Origin: Antedon mediterranea
Taxonomy: Eukaryota; Animalia; Echinodermata
Reading direction: 5' to 3'
Length of the DNA stretch: 64,000 nt
NCBI RefSeq assembly: GCF_964355755.1
Contig: NC_092674.1
Coordinates: 10,850,001 to 10,914,000 of the forward strand
Shown here: one piece after another, positions 27,601-39,300 of the stretch
How positions within the stretch are numbered: the first letter of the stretch is position 1
Layout of the letters: the number at the start of each line of letters is the position of its first letter
The notes under the pieces: model-generated
What the model saw: only the letters and a program-made list of their open reading frames with translations
Databases searched by the model: none
Told to the model about the DNA's origin: nothing
Program-made: the position numbers and the translations under genes

Positions 27601-28545
27601 TTATCTAAAAACATGACTTAGGTGGGGTGTTCACTCATATTTCGGCCTGCCACACACTCACATGAACGGGTATATGAGACGCTGATATTGCCAGCTAGAT
27701 TTTATTTATGATTGAGGCCTTTTTCTTTCCTCAGCCTAATCAATATTGGATAATTGTTTTATAATAATTAATTGTATTGAATTGATATATTGATTGATTA
27801 ACCATAAATAATTAATAAATTTAATTGTTTTTAACATCATGGGGAAACGAAGATGTTAAAAAAGAACAAAATGGATTAAAAACAGGCAGAGATACATATT
27901 GTATACAAAAAGCCTAACAATTAGTACTAATTATTGATGAGTTACTACTAATTAATATTGATAATAAAAAAAACAGGCTTAATTTATAATATTAAAATAA
28001 CAAATAAAACCCCATAGTTTTCAATATAATGACTAATCATGGCCTTTTTTTTTAATGATATAGGCCTATACATTATGACTCATTTTGCACACCATTATTT
28101 GTAAGACCGGACCATATTTGGCGGCCAAAATTGGTCCGGCCGGACAGGTTTTTGGCAGCCATAAATGGTCCCCCGGACTGATTTTGGCAGCCAAAACTGG
28201 TCCGCCGGACCGATTTTGGCCCGGACTGATTTTGGTGTGACAGGCCTGCCTATAATGAGGAAAAGCAAATCTATAGGCATCCAATACATACAATGTGAGC
28301 CTACACATGCTTAGCTTTCTACAAATTCCTAGACTAACTAACTATATCTAATCTTGGGTAACAAATTTTATTACCTTTCCGACAAGAGATGGCCATTCAT
28401 TCGGCATATTTTCCGGCTTAATTTGAGTGTTCTCTGTCTCTAAACTAGGCTTATCCTCAGAAGTTGTGATTGCAGCTCTTTTGCAACAGGTAACCGATGA
28501 TGCGAGGAAGACTACACCTAAAACAACCACTAAAACCGATTTCAT
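24613..28545 (-). CDS. Secreted serine protease inhibitor, potato inhibitor I / eglin C / CI-2 family (MEROPS I13), ~110 aa
   Basis: Exons 28545-28375 (signal peptide MKSVLVVVLGVVFLASSVTC...EWPSLVGK), 25219-25169 (KGEEAQKFISKERPELK) and 24723-24613 (IVILNKDDMMTMDFREDRVRIFVDDNQVVVRPPKTG*); GT-AG, phase 0. Hallmarks WPeLVG, T-M-D-F-R-x-D-R-V-R-I-F-V and P-x-x-G. Confidence 0.92.
25298..26745 (-). mobile_element. 5'-truncated CR1/L2 (Crack-like) LINE in intron 1 of the inhibitor gene
   Basis: RT motifs LLDVQKAFDSVNH (frameshifted piece), GVPQGSLLGPLLF, LYADD and KYLG; ORF 26468-25539; 3'UTR stem-loop, AATAAA and (ATCAA)n tail at about 25316-25298. Confidence 0.92.
27401..28242. mobile_element. 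Non-autonomous DNA transposon with TGT...ACA ends and 4-bp TSD (Ginger-like)
   Basis: GGCC|TGTCAC...GTGACA|GGCC, with subterminal arrays of GCCAAAA.YGGTCCG / CGGACC.RTTTTGGC at both ends. Confidence 0.65.
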
Positions 28546-30352
28546 TGTGTGAATAGATGAATAGCTACCAGCAAGAGTATACAGTCAAGACAAAGCAAAT
28601 AATGAATTACTTACCAGCAAATATACACAAAATATGATAAAGGAAATGAATAAATAATACCGCAAACCCACTATCCACTAATCACACCTGTTTACAGTGT
28701 AAAGGTCGATGTTGATGTGTTTTCTGCTCTTATTTATTACAGCACCCCCTCTATATTTTTCTTCAATGAACATTTTCACGCTGCTGCTGCTCTTATCTAG
28801 CCCGCTACGTCACAAGGGATGACTCATTTATAAGCTGAAAGCAAGCAGCAGTTATAGTACTAGAGGCTGACGTTTTTGCTAATTTGTAAACTCAACTATA
28901 ATTTATAGATACCAGCTGCTGGACTAAAAAAACTATGGGAAAAGAGAGTCTATGAGGGCTCCAAGGTTGAACGATTTTGGATTCTCGCGCTTTGATTTGT
29001 TGAACAGACTGGAAAGAATTTTCTCACTTGAAGCAAAGAATATAATATCACTCTTTGCTTGAAGTCACGTTGTCTCAAGAGCGTATTCAGTTGCATGCCT
29101 TGAGGTCACAAACACACAGTGCATTAAAGTTCAAAATTTACCATTTTTAAATGGGCACGTGATTCATAATTAAAGAACTTGTCGCATTTGTATTCGATTG
29201 TCAACGTAAAGATTCGTTGAGTACTTTTTGTATTCGAATTGTAAATTTGTGCTCAACAGAAAGTCATTCGAATAGAAAACGTTGACAAAACGAAAGCTTT
29301 TTTGTTAACAATCTCAACGCTCAAAATACTCCGTTGTTAAAAAGTACTCAACGGAAAAACTACTCACCGGTCCACTCGAATACGACATTATTTGTATGTA
29401 TTTTTGGGATTAAAGGACATCTTTTTAATAATTAATCATAAATATATCTGAAGAAAGAACAATTTTAAAAAGTCGAGCAGCGTTTTTTGTAAGAAATATT
29501 TCTTGTTTGAATTCCGATCCTTCTAACACAACACAAAGTGTCATCCACATGACCACATTTTCTTTTTATAATAAAATAATGCTTTATTCAGAGACTTGCG
29601 ATTTATACTAAACTAAAAACTAAAATTGATAAATATATCTATTAATATAATATAATAATATTATAAGCTCTCCCAATACCACGGGCACGTACCGCTGTGG
29701 TCTCAACTGGTCTATGTCGATGATTCTGGTATTTTTCGATAATGGTAAACATGAATTTGGGACCTTTTGAACCTCAAGAAAAGTCAGCTGGTTTTCTGAG
29801 AATCCGGCACGTTGGACTAATAAGTGTCTACTTTGATGAAGGTTACATGGAAATAAATCATTGGTTACAGCTTGCTACAACCTGTAATAGTTATAATAAA
29901 ACCAAAGTAATGTTGCTATAAAATAACTAGCTCATCTGTCTTTTTATGTGCTAGCTTTATTAAAAAGCACCAATTACTTTATTATTACGTTTGAAATGCA
30001 AATGTCATATCATAATTGAAAGCAAAAAGAATGGTGGGTACGTAATAGTAATGATGGAAAAATCACAATCGCATGTTACACACGTGGTCAAGCGCCCTCT
30101 ATAGCAAAATTGCTCAGTCATCCATGACATGTAAACAAACAAAAAAGTCTTTTCGGGCCCTGGATCACGCCATACGACGGCGACTTGATAGGGCAAAAGG
30201 AATTTCACAGAAGATCTATTATATAATTTTCAATGGTTCCAATTTCTCGGAAAACTCTAGCAAATATCGTAGTTAAAAGTTGGTTTAGGTTTCCAATTAC
30301 GCATCGTCAATCTTGTGATCTTTTTCCTGTTTCTTGTGAGCTTTCAGCCAAA

Positions 30353-33300
30353 ATGATGTCGAGTCATGTAAAAAAAGCGGTTGTATTTGATATGGGAGGT
30401 GTGATAGTAGAACAGCCACAAATTGGTCTTAAAAGATATACAGAAAGCCTAGGATTTCCAGGGTAACAGAATGGTTGTCACATTTTTACAAATTAACTTT
30501 TTTTCTGGGAACCTTGTCGTAAAGTTTTAAACTTATATAGGTTTCCTTCCACACATACTATGTTTTTATTAATTACTATCAAACTTGTTAATATATAATT
30601 ATTAATATTATGTATGTATGTATTTTTAATATATGTGTGGAGACTATTATTGAATAAACGAATAAACCAATACTAGTATATATACAAGCCATGGCCTGGT
30701 CATCCAAATGTTAGTCAAATGAATGGCATCTGACACTATTTTTGTAAAATAGTACCCTGGTTTAGAAGGCATTTATAATTTGAAAATCGCTGTGTATTCG
30801 CCTTCATCCTTCATAGTAGTGTGAAGACTAGTGAAATCAAGGTTTAATAAAGTTTCAGGTTAAGCCCTATTTTCCACTAGGTCTCCAAATTTATTCATGC
30901 GAATTTAAAGTGTCAGTTTATTATGATAATCCTTGGCTAAAGACATAAAATACAAAATAAATAAATAAAATATGAGCATATTATTATTATGTGTCTATTT
31001 ACTACAATTGTAAGAAATGCACAACCAATCAGAGCTTCAAAATTTGCTCTGTCAGGTGCACCACAATTTTTCCCGCTCAAATATCTAATGCTATTACTGC
31101 TAAAAACGGCCTGACACGTGTTACCAGAATTTGGAATAACTTTACCCAGTGAAATCCGCAACTTAAATATTTATGTTAGTTCTTTTAAAACCAAATTACT
31201 TAATTATCTCAATATTTATTTTTTAAATAATTTTGATATTGAAAATGTGTGTAGTTGGTCGCTTTCTTGTCGATGCTTTTATTGTAGAACGTAATTTATT
31301 TACTTTTCTCTGTTCTGGGTTGACCAACTAGCATAGGTGTTTAGCACCTGTTTGGTCTTTCCGTGCCTCCTTTTATAATTGTTTTGTCTTCTTATGTTTA
31401 TGGCAGAAATTGAATAAATAAATAAAAATAAAAAATATAATTTATTCTAATTCTAATAATTCAGATTCTTTTTGGAGAGTGTTATGATTCGAGGACGTCC
31501 TGACAATTCTTTTTGCCGACTGGAAAGAGGCGAATTATCAACATCACAAGTAAGATACAGTAAAAGTAAACAATAATATAATGTACCAGTGTACCAACTT
31601 CTGAGAGGAAAATAGTGCTACACTATACAGTATAAATAATAAACTATTTTACAGTCAACCGGGCATGCAAGTTTCTCACAACCACAGTCGAGCAAAAGCC
31701 CCATGGCACACCTATATAACTGTTGATCACAGGGGTTAACTGTGTATCTAATGCCTTGTCTTCCATCACTTTAATTCTGTTGTCTTATCGGCACACAGAA
31801 CTAGATAGAGAACTTTACATTAGATAAATAATAATAATAAGCCTGTAGCCAGAATAAAACTAAGCTAATTAAGCATATTTATCATTACCTTTTTCTATTG
31901 GTCTCTAGCTTGAAAAAGATATGTTTGTTAAAACCTTCAAACCCCCTGGCTATGTGTGACCATTTGTATGTCACTTCTGTGAATTTATGTTGCTTTCTTT
32001 CTTTACAAATAGTTTTTCAAGAAATTTGAGGATGAATGCCAAGAAGCAGCAAATGCTGAAGGCCTCACAATTCCATCAAGTTTCTCAGCAGAATCAATGT
32101 GGAGGGAGATGATGGGTGCTAAACCGGTTCCCTCAATGTTAAAGGCAGTTGCAGCTTTAAAACAAGCAGGTAACCATAGAAACACACAATTTTTGTTCAA
32201 TATTGGAACCATTTATTTTTATTTTTCTTTGTGAGTGTGCAACTGAAGATAAAATTGGTTTTACACTAGTGTAGTACAGTATTGATTAATTATTGGATTT
32301 TAGCAAATTAGTATGTTCATGTGAACGGCGTGAGGGTCTAAATACACCTCCAATTATCAATACTTAGCTACTGACAAGAAGAAAATTTTGCAGGTTTGAT
32401 TCTGATTTTTGGTCCTGTTATAATCTAAAAAAAAAATTAAAATTTTACAAATATTACGTTAAAATATACAGTAATAAAATATAAAATACAATATAAATCT
32501 AGTTAATTATTATTGAACTAAAATTTAGGACTCAATTTGATTTTTTTTTCTTGTCAGTGCAAACAATCTTGTTACCATCCATCTATTTTATAAAAAACAA
32601 TTACTTTCTTCAATTATGTAAAAGGTCTTGTTTTAAGGAATAACAAGATTACTATTTTCATAATTGACAGATTGAAAGATGTCAAATAAATAAAATACTC
32701 CAAGCTATAATAAGATACTGACAGATGGCACACGCCTTAATAATATTGTCGAAGAGATTATCAAGTCATCAACTTTCTTGAAAATCAATAGCCACGGTCT
32801 GTTGGTATATAAGTACCTATTTGCAAAACAAATTCAGAATAATAAAAATGAAAATGATGTTAAAGTTAATAAACCTAGTGTACCAAAAGATTTTAGACCA
32901 ATTGCAATTACTTCAAATTTAATGAAATGCTTAGAAAGGTTGATTGTTTCTAGACTTAAGGAAAATATTGGTAATGCAGATAAGAATCAATTTGCATACA
33001 AGAAAAATAGAGGGGTTGACGATGCTGTTAATTCTTATCTCCATGCATATCATCACCTTGATTCAAAAAGAAATTATGTACGGTCTATATTTTTCGATTT
33101 CTCCAGTGCTTTTAATACTATTTTACCACATGTTTTAATTGATAGATTATTAAGTTTTAATGTCTCACCTCAGCTCGCCAAAGTTATATATAGTTTTTTG
33201 ATTAATAGACCGCAGATGGTTAAGTGCAATGGTATCCTATCCAACAAAGAATCTACCAGTGTTGGAGCTCCTCAAGGATGTGTTATCTCTCCATTTTTGT

Positions 33301-36300
33301 TCTCTTTTTATTCTAGTAGTTTTTATATTTTAAGTAAAGATTGCAATATTGTAAAATACGCTGACGATACTGTAATTAGTGGTTTTCTTTGCGATAGTAA
33401 GCATAATGTAAATGAATTTGTTAATGAAGTTGGAAGATTTGTTAATTGGTGTGAAGATATGAACTTAATACTTAATATTACTAAAACCAAAGAGATGATA
33501 ATAGATTTTCGTAAAACCGCAGTTGAACATAATGTAATAACTATTAAAGAAACCGAGATTGAAAGAGTAACCCAATACAAATACTTAGGTACTATAATTG
33601 ACAACAAATTAAAATGGGAGTCAAACTCTCTCATGATTTCCAAGAAGGCATCTCAAAGGCTCTACTTTCTCAGAAAACTCAAGCAAATTAGAGTTGATAA
33701 CACTATTTTAATTCTATTTTATCAAAGTATTATTCAAAGTATTTTATCTTTTAGCATTGGATGTTTTTATGGTAACTTTACTGAAAATGATAAGAAAAAT
33801 ATTGAGAGACCACGTAAAATTGCACAACGTATTATTAAAGCTGATCTAACGCCTTGTTCATTTATCTATGAAAAGAGTATTCTAAAAAAAGTAAACAATA
33901 TTATGAAAGACCCCACTCATCCGTTACATTACTGTTATAACTTAAATAGATCAGGCATTAGGCTACGACCTCCAAGAGCAAATCTTTGTAGAACTAGAAA
34001 ATCCTTCGTTGTAAATAGCATTCATATTTTTAATTCTAATGTAAGACGTTAATGCAATTTTTAATAGTATTTTTAACTTTTTATCTTGTATTTTTAATCT
34101 GTTATAATACTGCACGTTTTTAAATTGTTGCAATACTGTTGTTTTAATCTACCAAGCAAAGTGAATTTCCATTTTTATGGACAAATAAAATTTCTTGAAT
34201 CTTGAATCTTGAATCTTGAAAATGTACTTTTTACTAATTAAAAATGTGGAAAATACAATGCAAAATTACAGATTTCAGGAATATCTCCTATCCCATCAAC
34301 TGTACGGTATTTCTGGTTGATTTTGTTTGTTTTGTACAGTATGTTACAATTTATGGATGTACCATCTGAAATAAAATAAATGAATGAATTATGAATTACA
34401 GTATGGTAATAATAATAATAACATTTTGTTCGCATTAAAGATGTATTGTCCCCCAAAAACATAAAAAATGAAGATTAATTAAATCAGACTTTGAATAATG
34501 TTATTTTGTAGTTTTAATAAAGTTAATCACTTCCATAGCAAAAAAAATGGAAAAAAATAATGTTTTCACTTATTTATAAAATGACAAAATAAATTCAACC
34601 AAAAATCCATTGGCTGGCAGCCAATTTGACCATTTTTTGCTTTAAATTACAGTTTTTTCAGTTAAAATACATTTTTTTCAATCCAATTTTTGGTCAAAGT
34701 GAATAACTATTATGTTACATTAAAATGGCATATTCAACACAAAATTGTTTAACTTAATTTATTAATAGGTTTGAAGACATGTGTTCTTACAAATAATTTT
34801 ATCGATGACATGGCAAGAAACAACCATCATGCTCAGTTCATGGCAACCACACTAAGGAATTCGTTTGACGAAGTAATTGAATCATGCAGAGTTGGTCTTA
34901 GCAAACCAGACCCTGAGATCTTCAAACTTACGTGTGAAAAGTTGCAAGTGAAACCTTCCGAGGTACAAGATTTAGAATTTAGTAAATACTTTCTTTTTAG
35001 CACTAAAATGGTTGATGCCATTGTGGTTAATCTGTAGGTCTAAAACCATTACATTTTGATTAAATATTTTTAATTATGTTTTAATTGATATTAGGCTGTA
35101 TTTCTTGATGATATTGGACAAAACTTGAAACCAGCAAAAGAGCTTGGTTTTCACACAATACTGGTGCGTGATGTGGACAAAGCTTTAACTGAGCTAAAGG
35201 AAGCTACTGGAGTTGATGTATGTAAAAAAGGTTACAGATCAAAGTTCATTTAAATATAATCATTTAAATTAAACATGCATTGGCCAGGCACACCTTACCG
35301 GTGACAGCGTTTTAATATTGATTTTGTCTATTACATTGTATATTTTTATATTCTCTTTTATGTTTTTGTCGAAATGGCTGTAGTGTTATATGACACATAA
35401 TGGGAAGTAATATAAAATTAATTTGTTTCGATTGTACTTTCACCTATTATTTATTCGTCAAAGTGATTGTATTTTTTATTGTATGCAATGTAATTACATT
35501 TTTTATCCTATTCTTGCGGTATACAGAACTGTACCCACAAAATGTGACCCACCGAACACAGTACTTGAAGGCAAAGAAACAATCATACGGGCAAAAGCCT
35601 CATTTTGTTTTACTTATTTATTCCTTAATTGGTCAGATGTTTTGCCCTACTCTGACGTAATTTGAGTACATTTGAGAATAAAATAAAATAAAAATTTGCA
35701 AGTAATTGTCGGGTGGCACTCGAACCCATAACCTCCAGATCACTAGCCTGGCGTTCATACCTCTAGATCACTAAGCTTGCGCTGGTGGCTAGTGGTTAGA
35801 TTCGAGCCCAAATAAGCAGCGGGTACTACATCAGAGTAGGGAAAAACATCTGACCAATTACGCTACTCCACAGTACAGTAGTTTAATACAATTACAACCC
35901 TATTTATTCTTTCTTTATGATACTGTATATACACCTTCAATACTAGTGTATAAAGTGGTACAGCTTCAGATTTACAATAAAAACAAATCATAAAAATCTA
36001 AAAGTAATACAATATTAAAAGTATTAATATAAAAGGGTAAAGCAGACAAATTGTTGAGCCATTTGGCCAGTACTATGCCACACATGTACATTAATATTAC
36101 TTTAACATCATTATTGTCATCAGCCTGAATTACATTAAAAAAAGCGAACTATAAACTGTATCCAAATTTCTTTTTTTTTAGGTTTTCAAAGAGCCTAGGC
36201 CAATAGCTGTACAGCCAAATAAAGTGGTTCACTGCAATGCTCAGCTGAAAAAAGGCATTCGCATTCATTACGTCGATTATGGAACTGGCCCACCGGTGAT

Positions 36301-39300
36301 CTTGTGCCATGGCTGGCCAGAAAGCTGGTATTCATGGCGTTACCAGGTAAAAGTACTTACATTTAATATAAGTGTAACCACTGATAGCATTAAACATTAA
36401 ACCATCATATTAGAATATTTTATAACACACCTACACCAAAGTGTATATCCCTACAATTAAATATGTATCAGTATTTAGTTCTACTAGACAAAAAAAGAGA
36501 TATTCAATTGTACTATTGCATGTTCAGTTTTTTGTAAATATTTTGATGTTTTGCATGTTGTGTCCTGTGTCTACTCGGCTTCAAAAATTGAAGCACTACT
36601 TTTTTAATGGCCTTTGACATTAGGGAGTATTCGATTTGCGATGACAGAGAACCAACGTAGGTCAGGTCAATCGATGTGTCATTGGTCGTCGCCTGTCAAA
36701 CCTGTATTGAGTTGAGGAGTGAGGACATGTATCTAAATATTCCTGCATGGGCAGAATGTACTATAAACATGACGTAGTTTGGTTGTCGGTCTTTGAAAAT
36801 CAAACTCTCCATTAAAGAAAGAGGCAGGGAGCTAATTAAATAAAATTACTAGTACAGATGTGTCATTTATTGGTATATTTTGTTTAACCTTAGATACCAG
36901 CGCTAGGCCATGCAGGATACCGTGTGATAGCTTTGGACCAGAGAGGCTATGGAGACAGCAGTAATCCTCCTGGTAAGTTTCAGTTTATTTTTGGCTAATT
37001 TAGGCTTAGCTATTGAGATTTTAAAAAAAAACAACTAAATTTTATTTTTCAGAAATAGAGGCATACACTCAAGAAAATCTTTGTAAAGTAAGTATGTTTT
37101 GTGAATTATCTATATTTGTAACAAAGTCGCATCACAAGCCCAAAATTGGAAGGACTGTGACGTAAAAAGCAAATCGAGGTTTCTTTCTAATGTCCTATAT
37201 TTTGCGATTTTTCCCAACTAAACTATAGGTATGTTATGCCATGTGCAAAACACTCTCTCTTTTTTTAAAAAAGAATATTAAGCTGAAGTGGTGGTGCCAG
37301 GATTTGCCCGTCGGGGAGGGGGGGGGGGCCATACGTGCGAAACAAACAGTCATTGGTTGGGGCCAACAAAGGGGTATGAGGGTGACAGTTATGACGATAT
37401 TAGACATTTAAGGATAATTTTATTATTTTACTTTTAAAATCAGTATAGTGGCTAGTAGTACACTTAATATGGTTTTATATTTTACCAGAAAGAAATGATA
37501 TATTTTCTCCCCGACAAATATGGTCAATACTCCCCGACCGGGGGCCCTGCCTGGCGCCACCACTGAGCTGAATCACTGTCTAGAACCTCCAGTGGTAGAT
37601 AGGTAAATTTTGTGAGACCTAAAAAATAAGTACTGGACCTAATATTTTCTTAATCATGAACTCAAGCACACTATTTAAACAGAAGGAATGTCAATGATTA
37701 AATGGTCGATGCTCTATGTGGACCTATAGAGGGCCAGCAGCACCATGAAAATCAATGTGTTGTATACTGGAGCATGATACACAATTTAATAATAAACAAC
37801 TGGTAAACTACAAGCAATTGTATTACAGGACGTTGTAGAGCTAATGGACATGCTAGGCATCCCTCAAACCACTGTAGTGGGACATGATTGGGGTGGTGCT
37901 GTAGTCTGGAACTTAGCCTTGATGTATCCAGAAAGAATAAGGTTGGCCATATTATAGTATTGCGCCTGAGTACATACATACATACAAAGTAATATACTTA
38001 TAATTCACAGTAATATACTTTCAATACACATTTCCCCAACACTTTTACTGTAAACTTAAAAGTTGTGCTTATGTCAACACAAAACTCAAGTGTGTTTACT
38101 GATCATGTCAAGGAAACCTGTAGTTTCACACCATCTATTGTTCTACAGTATAAGTATTCTAAAATTGGAGACTATTTGAATGGTTTAGACCTTTGACCTC
38201 TCATTAAAATTAGGTGTGTTATAAAATAAATAATGAATGCCAATGAAAGATGAAAATTTGTTATACTGTATATCCTTTCATCTTTCACCTCATGGAATAT
38301 TTGTACCATTCCACTCATAAACATCCATTAATATTTGATTACTGTACATTGCTAGTTAAACTAAATGCTTGTTTAAAATGTTTGTTTACTTTGTAGAGCT
38401 GTTGCTGGATTAAACACACCGTTCTTTCCTGTAAATCCAAAGTCAAACCCTTGGCATACAATGCAAGAAAACCCAGGCCGTTTTGACTACCAAATGTATT
38501 TTCAAACACCAGTAAGTTACCTATCCACTCTTAATCCTCTTTAACACATAAAAAAGTAACAAGTTGTAACCAGGTTTGCATAGTGTGAAAACAATTGTCT
38601 GGATATTCTCCCACGATTTCACAAGGAACCCCTGTGAAATGTGTAAAACCACAGATGAGAGGCCTGTTTTTGTTCAGAGATGTCCCGAGTTGTGCATGTT
38701 TGCCCTGGTATTAAACTGACCAATCATAGACTAGTAATCAAATAGCGCACAACTATAATTTCTCCAGATATTTCTCACAGGTCATGTATGCATGTAATAA
38801 ATGGGGAGATCAACCCTTGTTACAACTTGTTATAAGGGTATATCATGCATAGTTCCCCCATGGTCGTCTTTATACATTATATCCAGAGGTAAACATAGAT
38901 AATTTCTGATGCCAGTTATGGAACAATTAATTTCATGCCGAATATCAGTCAAGGGTCAAGTATTTTAAAACAAGGGTGTCCTTGCCAACTTTTCTTGCCA
39001 TTTAAAACCCTAAAGCCGCTCAATCCTATCTGGAATACTGTACAGTACATTTGTTTGGCAATTAGAACTTGATAGAAGTCAAATTTATGCACAAATTAAA
39101 AATATACATATTCGTTTGATACCTTAAAAGGAGTTTTCAAACCATATGACCATCAAAATTAAAATCACTGGTATTATGATTGGGACTCACTCCAAGTACT
39201 GTAAATGCAAAGTTAACAATGGATTATAGAACTTTGATTTTTAATTAATCACAACAATTCTGTTTTTTTTTTTTGCTAGGGAGTTGCAGAAGCTGAATTT

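Noticed and set aside
30244-30252. STAT/GAS-like TTCTCGGAA near the EPHX2 start
   Set aside because: A 9-bp motif is expected by chance in 64 kb and has no other support.
32778-32856. N-terminal part of the 424-aa ORF
   Set aside because: It is flanking intron sequence fortuitously in frame with the truncated LINE.
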